A DNA stretch of 20,000 nucleotides from an uncultured virus (IMG/VR IMGVR_UViG_3300017963_000244) (taxonomy: Duplodnaviria; Heunggongvirae; Uroviricota; Caudoviricetes), in the IMG/VR virus record IMGVR_UViG_3300017963_000244, positions 58,561-78,560 of that record; one strand, given 5' to 3'. The notes beneath the pieces were generated by a model. That model ran no database searches. It had not been told where the DNA came from and saw only the letters and a program-made list of their open reading frames with translations. The translations under genes and the position numbers were made by a program. Below are positions 6,458 to 14,621 of this stretch, piece after piece (the first letter of the stretch is position 1; every line of letters begins with the position of its first letter).

Positions 6458-7906
6458 ATGGTCACTTTAAAAGCCCTTGAGGCCGCGATCGTTCAGGTCG
6501 AGCGCATCCGCGATTTCGAGTATTCGTTCGAAGCCAATGACGTCGAGATCACGCTGAGACCTCTGCGTCCCGACGAAGAGACCGAGGTCCAGCGATATGC
6601 CCAGATCGCGATGGAGGACTTGGAGGAGGGTGAGGCGACTCAGGCGGCCTTCGCTGACTTCATGGATAGGATGCGGCATGCTTCGTTGGCGTTCGCCATC
6701 GTGCAGATTGGGGACCTGGATCTTCGGGACGTCGAGTACGTCGAGACTGGCGAGCAGGACGAACAGGGCAGGCCCGTCTCGGTGCCGAAGTGGGAGGGTC
6801 TCCGGAACATGATCGGGCAGGAGTGGACGCGCTCAATGCTCAGTCAAGTGTTCGCGCGATTCGGAGAACTTCTCGAACGAGTGGAGCTGAGAGCGTCCAA
6901 AAGCGTGAAATTCGACGCCGTCGACCTGGACGAGGAGATCGCTCGTGTGGAACGGCGGCTCGCCGAGCTCCGCGCCGCGAAGCAGACTCTTGAGGCATCT
7001 CCTGAGGAGGACAACGTACGCAAACAGCAGCGTCTCCTGACGGAGATTCAGAGGACTCGGCAGCAGCAACATGACAACATCCGCGGCGGCACGGCGACGG
7101 GGGACGTCGAGGAGTCCGCGAGCGCGTCGGAGCCCTCAGGAGAGAAAGTCGAGGCGTCGAAACCCGCACCGAGCGACGGTTCGGCAGTCGAACCCCGGCC
7201 CTCCTCGGCTGAGACGACCTCTCGACCCGTGGGAGAGCGGCCCTCGGCTTTCCCCGATGCCGGGCCTCCGCCTGAAGTCGATCGGCCGGACGCTTCTGAG
7301 GGGCCTCTCGGCGGCGCCGAGACGCAGGACCAGGAAGGTTCCGAATCCCCGTCGAAGCGTACCGAAGCCGTCGATTCACAGAACATTCCACTTCCACATG
7401 GAGGAGACTCCTTCTTTGATCCCACTGACCCAGATGAGGCCATGGAGATCGAGGCCCATCGTCAGGAGATGCTGCATCGGCAGCACATCCTCCGACAACG
7501 CGAACGTAGGCTGGAGGAACAGAGACGCGAGGCTTTGGGGATGCCGAGTGCGGCTGAGGCGGCTCGAAAGGCGCAAGAGGCCCAGAGACAGGCGCAGGTC
7601 CCGCAGAAGGCAGCTCGGCTCGATCCTCGCACGAGCTCCCTGAGAGAGGCCGCCAACGTCTCCGATGCCGTCTTCGACGCAGGCACCGGCAGCATTCAGT
7701 CGGCGCGCCCCCCAACTCCTCGATCGCAGAGATCCGGTAAGGGGACGACGGCCACCTTACACGGCAAGCCCGTCTACAAGATGCCCCCACAGACTCTTGA
7801 GAGGAAGGAGGCCACCGGAACGCCGGATCAAGGCGAACCCATGGTGCCGATCAACCCGCCTCCGGGATCGAGGAACGAGCGATTCAGAGGTCCTGGCGAA
7901 CGGTAG
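6458..7906 (+). CDS. Tail assembly chaperone-like protein with long low-complexity C-terminal extension (putative)
   Basis: GGAG SD at 6448-6451 and ATG 6458, preferred over the track start 6431. N-terminal ~170 aa (VEITLRPLRPDEETEVQRYA...LAFAIVQIGDLDL...WTRSMLSQVFARFGELL) has the look and position of a tail chaperone. It is followed by a coiled-coil and a P/S/E-rich region. Confidence 0.55.
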   Translation: MVTLKALEAAIVQVERIRDFEYSFEANDVEITLRPLRPDEETEVQRYAQIAMEDLEEGEATQAAFADFMDRMRHASLAFAIVQIGDLDLRDVEYVETGEQDEQGRPVSVPKWEGLRNMIGQEWTRSMLSQVFARFGELLERVELRASKSVKFDAVDLDEEIARVERRLAELRAAKQTLEASPEEDNVRKQQRLLTEIQRTRQQQHDNIRGGTATGDVEESASASEPSGEKVEASKPAPSDGSAVEPRPSSAETTSRPVGERPSAFPDAGPPPEVDRPDASEGPLGGAETQDQEGSESPSKRTEAVDSQNIPLPHGGDSFFDPTDPDEAMEIEAHRQEMLHRQHILRQRERRLEEQRREALGMPSAAEAARKAQEAQRQAQVPQKAARLDPRTSSLREAANVSDAVFDAGTGSIQSARPPTPRSQRSGKGTTATLHGKPVYKMPPQTLERKEATGTPDQGEPMVPINPPPGSRNERFRGPGER

Positions 7907-7909
7907 AGA

Positions 7910-9154
7910 ATGCAGCTTCCCAAGACCACCTCAGACGAGAGGACGTCCATTTATGACGACGTGCGAGCTCTGATCGTACCCGGATTCATTGCTCATCCTC
8001 TTGAGGTGCACGGAGCGCGTTTCGTCATGCGCTCACTCGATGCTTCGGACTGGCATCTTTTGAGGTTCAGAGCACACGGTCTCCGGGATCGAGAGTGGAT
8101 CGCGTGGGTGGTCGCATCGTCGATCTGGATGGCCGACGGCATCGTCTACATGGGTGAAGAAGAGGCGCTGCGAATGCTCGTCGAGATGTGTCGCAGGCTC
8201 CCGACGACGGTTCTCGACGACCTTTATGGAATCCTCGATGGTCTCATGCGGAGGATGCGGCGTGCCACAGAGATAATCGAAGCGTTCCTGTACGAGGCGG
8301 AGTCGCGTCAGCTCTGGCGCAGCGAGGGAAACGCCGTCTTGGCCCGCGTTGGAAGCCCAGGTCTGCTGCGTTCGCACAACCCTGTTTTGCAGCTGTGGAT
8401 CTTCTTCAATCAGATGGAAGACGCTCGCGAGCATGACGACTACCTCTGGTCCTTGGCCAAGTTCGTGGCAGGTCCGCACGTCCCGAAGGGTGTCAAGAAG
8501 CTGAACGCCAAGGACAAGCAACGAGAGACCGACCTGCGGAATAGACGGCAGGGCGTGATGGATCGCGCCTACTACGAGACGAGAGGCGTCATTCCCAGGC
8601 GAGAACGGGATGCCAACGGGAAGAAATCGAGACGGCGATTCCAGGAAGTACACATGGCCGAGTCTCCCGAGGAGCTCAGGGAGGAAATGCGTCGATGGGT
8701 CCTCGGAGTAAAGGACGACCATGATCGTGTCGTCGACGGGGTAAAGGCTCGGATCAAACACGAGGTCGAGATGCACCGACGAGAAGATGCGGAGCGTCGG
8801 ATAGCTCTCCAGCGTGCGATGGAGGAGGAGGGCATGACCCGAACCGGGCTCGTCCCACTCGTCGGCGAGGCGGGACGAGAGTTCATCGAACGCATGAAGG
8901 CTCGCGTACCTGGTCTGTCGAGAGTGCACGACGAAAAGGGACACAACAGCGCTTACGAGAAGTACATCGCCAACAATCCCGAGGCAGGAGAACTTCGCGT
9001 TGCCGAAGATGGCCGCATCATCTCGGAGCGCCCCGTCGATCCTCGTTTGCTTGAGATGATGCGCGCCCCGGGGACCGGCGAAGAAACGCCGCTACAACGC
9101 CTAGTCGAAAAGCGTCGTCCCGTGGCGGTGATCGAGGAGGACGAGGAGCGGTAA
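7910..9154 (+). CDS. Second tail assembly chaperone-like / pre-tape-measure protein (putative)
   Basis: 414-aa ORF directly upstream of the TMP. The N-terminus has a similar chaperone-like pattern (GARFVMRSLDASDW...CRRLPTTVLDDLYGIL). Assignment is mainly by synteny. Confidence 0.5.
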   Translation: MQLPKTTSDERTSIYDDVRALIVPGFIAHPLEVHGARFVMRSLDASDWHLLRFRAHGLRDREWIAWVVASSIWMADGIVYMGEEEALRMLVEMCRRLPTTVLDDLYGILDGLMRRMRRATEIIEAFLYEAESRQLWRSEGNAVLARVGSPGLLRSHNPVLQLWIFFNQMEDAREHDDYLWSLAKFVAGPHVPKGVKKLNAKDKQRETDLRNRRQGVMDRAYYETRGVIPRRERDANGKKSRRRFQEVHMAESPEELREEMRRWVLGVKDDHDRVVDGVKARIKHEVEMHRREDAERRIALQRAMEEEGMTRTGLVPLVGEAGREFIERMKARVPGLSRVHDEKGHNSAYEKYIANNPEAGELRVAEDGRIISERPVDPRLLEMMRAPGTGEETPLQRLVEKRRPVAVIEEDEER

Positions 9155-9157
9155 CAG

Positions 9158-12100
9158 ATGCCAGACCGTCCGCAATTGATCGCCGACGTCATCCTGGAAA
9201 CGAGGGGTGCGCGAGACTTCGCGAACAAGTTCGGAAGCCTGCTTTCGAAGGCCGCGACGTCGTGGCGCGACGAGCTCAAGAAGACGACGGCGGAGGGGGC
9301 CAACGCTGGTTTTAAGCTGGCGATGGCTTCCGGCAAGAGCGGCGCGGCTATGCGCGCCTTCGTGAAGTCCAACATCGCGGACGTCTACGGGAAGTTCATG
9401 CAGGAGCTTCGAGCCGGCAACGTCGCGGAAGCCGAGAGACTTGAGCGAATTTTGGAATCACGCACGCGTCGCTTTCAGAAGGAGGCCGACTCGATAGCCG
9501 AAGCCTTCGCTCGCATGCAGGAGAGGCAGGCGCGGACCTTTACAGAACACACGGACCAGTTCAAGGAGAAAATCGGTTTCTTGCAGCGAGGTCTTTTCGG
9601 AGGGCTTGCGGGATTCGCTGACTTGGCTCGCGGAGGCGGTGCCCTGACACGACGTCTGGGCGAGGAGAGAATGGAGAGAGGCCGACGGCTGCAGAAGGCC
9701 GCCGGAGAAGCGGATCCGGCGGCGACGGCCCGAGCCAACCGCATGGCCAAGATGGGCAAGGCCATCGCGACCATCGGGAAGGCGACCGTTGCCTTCGCGG
9801 CCGTTGCCGGAGCTCTCCTCATGCTCATCAAACTCTTCGCCGATCTTGAATCGAAGATCAAGGACATGAACAAGGAGCTGATCGGCTCGGCGGGCGCGGC
9901 CCAGTTTGGTCTCACTCATGTTGAAATCGTGAGCGGTAAGCTGGCCGATCAACTGGAACGCATGCGGAAGGAGACCACGGGGCTCAACAAGAACTTCATG
10001 GCCTTCCGAGCTGGTGCAGAGGAGCAGCAGAGGATCCTCGCGGGCTTCAACCAGGCCGGTTTCACGTTCGCACGCATGAGCGAGGAGATCCGGAAGGGAA
10101 CCAAGTTCATGGAGTCCTACTCGGACATCACGGCCTTGGCACTCACCTACGCTCGAAACCTCGGAATGGAGTCGAGCGAGGTCACCGAGAAGATGGGTCA
10201 GTTCGCGTTCGAGACGGGGATGGGTCTTCGCGACGTCGCCGAGCAGTTCAGCATCATCTCCCGGGAGGCGATGCTCGCGGGGTTCGTGACGAAGCGATTC
10301 TACGCCGCGGTGATCGAAGTCACTTCGGGCATGGCCTTCTACGGGGTACGAATCGAGGAGACCACGAAGCTCCTCAAGACATTCGACGCGCTCCTCGGAG
10401 AGGCCGTCGGCGCGGAGGCGTTCAAGAGGCTCGTCGGACAGTACAAGGACAAAGGGGCACAGGATCGGATACGAGAACTGATCCTCAAGGATCAGGAGTT
10501 CGCGCAGGAACAGTTCGCGAGTGCCTTCGAACGCCGGATTCGGCAGCTCGGTCAGGAATTCAGCACGCAGCTGGGAATGGATCCTCAGGAGGTCAGGGAA
10601 TTGTTGGCCCTCGATGAGATTAGCATGACCGCTGCGCTCGAGAGACAAGGATTGAAACCTGAGGAGATCGCGAGATTCCGGGGCGCCAGGCTGGTGGGCC
10701 GCGCTGCTGGTGGCGGCCTCGGGGCCATGGAGAGGGCGATGCCGTATGCCGGGCCCGGGTTCGATGTCGCCATGGCCGCTCAGGCCACGCGCATATTCGG
10801 AGGAAGGCGCATCGACGAGGTGCTTCGAGAGATGGGCACGGGCCCTGAGGCAGCCGCACAGATGGCCGCCCTTGAAGAGGCCACGGGTCTCAGTCGCGAC
10901 CTGATCGAAACGGTGGGAGCGCAGTTCACCACGATGGAGGGACATTTCCGCAACCTGCGACAGATTCAAGAGAAGATGGCCACGGGGACGCCACTCTCCG
11001 AGGAGGATAAGAGGATCCTGGAGGATCTTCGTGATAAGTTCGGCATTTATGTTGACGAGTCCACCAAGAAGATCATGAAGGGAGATTTCGACGCGAACAA
11101 ACAGCTCATCAAAGGTACCGGGATAGAGTTGAAGAATGTGATGGATGCCGTCACCGAGACGACCACCATGGGCGAGAAGGAGATCGAAGAACAGATGACG
11201 AAAGACCAGGAGATCGCCACGGAGATCTCCCACAGGATCACGGGCCTGACGGAAGTCATGCAGCAGACGGTCCTTGGCGTCCTCAATGACATCTACGACG
11301 TGCTCGTCAGCATGGCCAAGTTCTTCTTCGAGGACGAAACGGAAAAGCTGGCGAGGTTCGCCGCGTTAGACGAGGCACACAAACAGCGAGAAGCGGCACA
11401 GGCGGAGGCCGAGGAGGCGCGGGAGAAGGAGAGGAAAGCTCGTCAGGCTTTGGAGGAGGCCAAAGCCGGGGGTGACGAGGAGAAGATCGCCCTCGCGGAG
11501 GAGAACCTCAAGGAGACTACCCGCGCTGCCGACGAGACAACCCGTCAGGCGGTGGCCACGGAGGCGGCCGCGCGGACGGCCGAGAACTTGACGGCCGAGC
11601 AGATCGCCGCGCAGGGAGCTGGTTTCAAGGCAGAGGTCGACGCCATCGAAGGTGCAACCGGGGTGAAACTCTTTCGAAGCGAGTCCTTCAAGAAATCCTT
11701 CGGAACCGCCCTCGAAGACGTTCTACCACGTCTTGGCAAGGAAGTGACCGAGGCCTCCTTCGGCATGAAGGTTTCCGAGGCCATGCTGGGTCTCTTTACA
11801 GGTCAACGCCCGTTGACTCGCGAAGAGCGTGCGGCGAAAGAGCTGCAGCCCAAGAAATTCGCCGAACAGTTCATCGCCCAGATGTCGGCGAGGCCGGCAC
11901 TGCTTGAACAGGCCGGAGGAATCGAGAACGTGAGATCGGCTGCCGCGGCAGGCATGGCCCAGATGATGAAACACGAGGACTGGTCGGACATGTGGTGGAC
12001 CGATCAGAACAAGAAGGAGTTCGCGGCGATATTCTCCGCCGCTGCCTCGACCGCACTTGCCGCCAATCTTCCCACCCAGGCCGAGCGGGAGCGACTGGAG

Positions 12101-12385
12101 GCCGAGCGTAAGGCGGAAACCGATCAGCTCATCAGAGGGCTGCAGGAAATGGTCCAGGTTTGGACAGGGGCCACGGCGGCCAAGGATTTGATTCTGCCTG
12201 CCAGAGGAGGTGCCCCGATCATCACCGACATGGCCGACACAATCTTTGCCGCGCAACCGGGAGGTCCCGTCGCGGAAGCGATAACCGGAAGAGGCGGCAC
12301 GGTCAACGTGAACGTTTATGGGGGCGACCAGAAGAAGGTCTACGAGACCGTCATGCGTGCCCTGAAGGTGACCGGAAATGCCTGA
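9158..12385 (+). CDS. Tape measure protein
   Basis: 1075 aa, A/E/K/M-rich helical composition, hydrophobic segment (ATVAFAAVAGALLMLIKLF), coiled-coil stretches and a TMP-like C-terminal tail (GGTVNVNVYGGDQKKVYETVMRAL). GAGGAG SD. Canonical position. Confidence 0.8.
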   Translation: MPDRPQLIADVILETRGARDFANKFGSLLSKAATSWRDELKKTTAEGANAGFKLAMASGKSGAAMRAFVKSNIADVYGKFMQELRAGNVAEAERLERILESRTRRFQKEADSIAEAFARMQERQARTFTEHTDQFKEKIGFLQRGLFGGLAGFADLARGGGALTRRLGEERMERGRRLQKAAGEADPAATARANRMAKMGKAIATIGKATVAFAAVAGALLMLIKLFADLESKIKDMNKELIGSAGAAQFGLTHVEIVSGKLADQLERMRKETTGLNKNFMAFRAGAEEQQRILAGFNQAGFTFARMSEEIRKGTKFMESYSDITALALTYARNLGMESSEVTEKMGQFAFETGMGLRDVAEQFSIISREAMLAGFVTKRFYAAVIEVTSGMAFYGVRIEETTKLLKTFDALLGEAVGAEAFKRLVGQYKDKGAQDRIRELILKDQEFAQEQFASAFERRIRQLGQEFSTQLGMDPQEVRELLALDEISMTAALERQGLKPEEIARFRGARLVGRAAGGGLGAMERAMPYAGPGFDVAMAAQATRIFGGRRIDEVLREMGTGPEAAAQMAALEEATGLSRDLIETVGAQFTTMEGHFRNLRQIQEKMATGTPLSEEDKRILEDLRDKFGIYVDESTKKIMKGDFDANKQLIKGTGIELKNVMDAVTETTTMGEKEIEEQMTKDQEIATEISHRITGLTEVMQQTVLGVLNDIYDVLVSMAKFFFEDETEKLARFAALDEAHKQREAAQAEAEEAREKERKARQALEEAKAGGDEEKIALAEENLKETTRAADETTRQAVATEAAARTAENLTAEQIAAQGAGFKAEVDAIEGATGVKLFRSESFKKSFGTALEDVLPRLGKEVTEASFGMKVSEAMLGLFTGQRPLTREERAAKELQPKKFAEQFIAQMSARPALLEQAGGIENVRSAAAAGMAQMMKHEDWSDMWWTDQNKKEFAAIFSAAASTALAANLPTQAERERLEAERKAETDQLIRGLQEMVQVWTGATAAKDLILPARGGAPIITDMADTIFAAQPGGPVAEAITGRGGTVNVNVYGGDQKKVYETVMRALKVTGNA

Positions 12386-13157
12386 ACAGAGAGCCGTGTT
12401 CACGGGTTCATTCTCAGGGCCCGACGAGGAGAAACTCCGACGCGGGCGTCGCCCAGTCATCTTCGACGTGCTCGCTCCGGACCGGGAGACGAGCCTGCTC
12501 GACCTGGCGGAGAAGGACCTGCGCCTGGTCCTCCACGTCAACCCGCGGACGATGCGGCTCGGTTATACGAAACAGACTGAACGCTTCCTGACGCGAGGTG
12601 GCTTCGTCGAGTACCACTGGGGCGACGCGGTCGAGGAGATCACGTTCGACGCGGCCACGGGCGGTTTCATGCGGATGTACACGGGGCTCTCGAACATCGC
12701 GTCTTCAGGGGGGGGCCAGCCTGGACGTAGGGACACGATCGCCTATGACAAGTACCTGGATCTCCTCGCGCTGTTCCACAACAACGGCGCGATCTACGAC
12801 ATGTTCGGAAACATCGCACTCCAGGGTTACCTGAAGATCATCTTCGACGGGGGCGTGCATATCGGATGGTTTGACGGGGCGTTCACGGTCACGGAGGACG
12901 CGAACGTCCCCTATATGTTCAGCCTCTCGGCCCGGTTCCTCATTGACCGCGAGATCATGCAGTTCCGCTCGCCCAACCTCTTCGACTACGGTGCCCAGGC
13001 GGTCTCCGCTCCGGGTGGCCTGGGCGACCAGCCGGAGGGCGCGACCTCGACCATGCTGGCCGACCCCTTCGTCGGGCTGGAGGGTCGCGACTACGTCGGT
13101 CCGACGGCGGTCCCGTTCCGGTCTCAGACCGCGAACCCCTTCGAGGAGGAGCTGTAG
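12378..13157 (+). CDS. Tail tube initiator / baseplate protein, tube-like fold (putative), paralog A
   Basis: Overlaps the TMP stop by 8 nt. The LHVNPRTMRLGYTKQ...TRGGFVEYHWG...ITFD pattern is typical of post-TMP tube-fold proteins. Confidence 0.6.
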   Translation: MPEQRAVFTGSFSGPDEEKLRRGRRPVIFDVLAPDRETSLLDLAEKDLRLVLHVNPRTMRLGYTKQTERFLTRGGFVEYHWGDAVEEITFDAATGGFMRMYTGLSNIASSGGGQPGRRDTIAYDKYLDLLALFHNNGAIYDMFGNIALQGYLKIIFDGGVHIGWFDGAFTVTEDANVPYMFSLSARFLIDREIMQFRSPNLFDYGAQAVSAPGGLGDQPEGATSTMLADPFVGLEGRDYVGPTAVPFRSQTANPFEEEL

Positions 13158-13160
13158 GCC

Positions 13161-14615
13161 GTGCCCGCCCAGACCGACAGGCAGCCGACCAGGTTCCAGC
13201 CGCTCGAGGCATACAGCGGCCCGGACGTCGGAGTCAACTTCGTGCGGGCGGCGATGGCGAGCGAGTCGGTCGCCTTCGACGGCACGAAGCAACGCCTCCG
13301 AGACGCGCGGCTCGGGTCGCCCTTCACGTTCAACTTCGCGCCCCCGTCCATCCTGCTCGACGCCCTCCTGGGTCGCGGCCAGGCGCGCACGCAGGACGTG
13401 TTTGATCCCCTCCTTCGGAGGGCGTTCGACGACGCCGAGGCGAACTTCCTCGTCACCCAGGCGGCGTTCGAGGCCGGCAACGCGACCGCGGAGCAGGTCG
13501 AGGCGGCGCGCAAGGGCATGCTCGGGACGCGAGCTCCAGCTCCGGGCCAGAACATCGACATCATCGAGGGCGCCCAGCGGTCGATGAGCAACTTCTCGAC
13601 TTTGGTGGAGCGGCGGAACCAGCTGAGGGCGTCCAACTTCTTCGCGACGGGTCCGACTAGGGGCGCCACGCTGACGCGGCTTGAGAACCTGATCGCGAGG
13701 AACGGAGTCCGCTTCAATCCGCGCGACGTCAACGAGTCGCAGGCGAACCAGGCGGCGGTCTCGGACCTGACCCAGGCGCTGGACGTGATCCTCCAGCTGA
13801 ATCGCATCCTGGCCACTCCGTCCCTGACTCTGCTCGTCAATCCCGAGTCCCTGCAGATCACCTACTCGAAGAGGCAGGCGTACACCGACCGCAACAGATT
13901 CAACTACGTTTTCCAGTCGTGGGGGGAGGAGCAGGTTCGTCTCTCCGTCTCCGGACGGTCGGCGGGATTCGTCGTCGGGTCCCGAGGACCGGGAGACCTC
14001 GACCTCGCCCTCGAGCCCTCGGGAGGGGGCAACCTCGCCGTCTCCGAGACGGCGGGCGTGAGCGGCTACCAGTACGCGTCGAAGTGGGACTCGGCCGCGT
14101 GGCAGAACCTCATGAGCCTCTTCACGATCTACCGCAACAACGGCTACATCTACGACACGTCAGGGCGTCCCAAGTCGGAGGCGCACCTCTTCATCGGCAG
14201 CATCGAGATCGCCTACGACCAGTGGGTCTACGTCGGAAACTTCGACAACTTCAACTACAACTACGAGGAGGACAAGCAGCACGGGGCCGTGCAGTTCAGC
14301 TTCGAGTTCACCGCGTCCTACATCTTCGACCGAAACCAGCGCGAGGCCGTGCGTCCCTACCAGACCCCTCCGACGCCCAGCCCGTCGGAGGCTCCCGAGG
14401 GCGACGTTCCCTTCATCCCGAACCAGCAGGCGAAGGCGACCCTCACCCAGACTCTTCCGACGCTCGGGCCTGGCGCGCAGACGTCCGGCGGCATGACTGA
14501 GGACCCCGTCCAGATCCAGGTCATCGACGAGCAGCCGATCGAGGTTCCGGCGCGGACCGAGCCCGTCTTCGACCCCGTGATCGACCCGCTCCCGTCGCTG
14601 GAGCCCGGAGGCTAG
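13161..14615 (+). CDS. Tail tube initiator / baseplate protein (putative), paralog B
   Basis: GAGGAGGAG SD, GTG start. The central domain (LLVNPESLQITYSKRQ...FQSWGEE...YRNNGYIYD...FSFEF) aligns by eye with 12378-13157. Pro-rich C-tail. Confidence 0.6.
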   Translation: MPAQTDRQPTRFQPLEAYSGPDVGVNFVRAAMASESVAFDGTKQRLRDARLGSPFTFNFAPPSILLDALLGRGQARTQDVFDPLLRRAFDDAEANFLVTQAAFEAGNATAEQVEAARKGMLGTRAPAPGQNIDIIEGAQRSMSNFSTLVERRNQLRASNFFATGPTRGATLTRLENLIARNGVRFNPRDVNESQANQAAVSDLTQALDVILQLNRILATPSLTLLVNPESLQITYSKRQAYTDRNRFNYVFQSWGEEQVRLSVSGRSAGFVVGSRGPGDLDLALEPSGGGNLAVSETAGVSGYQYASKWDSAAWQNLMSLFTIYRNNGYIYDTSGRPKSEAHLFIGSIEIAYDQWVYVGNFDNFNYNYEEDKQHGAVQFSFEFTASYIFDRNQREAVRPYQTPPTPSPSEAPEGDVPFIPNQQAKATLTQTLPTLGPGAQTSGGMTEDPVQIQVIDEQPIEVPARTEPVFDPVIDPLPSLEPGG

Positions 14616-14621
14616 TCGACG

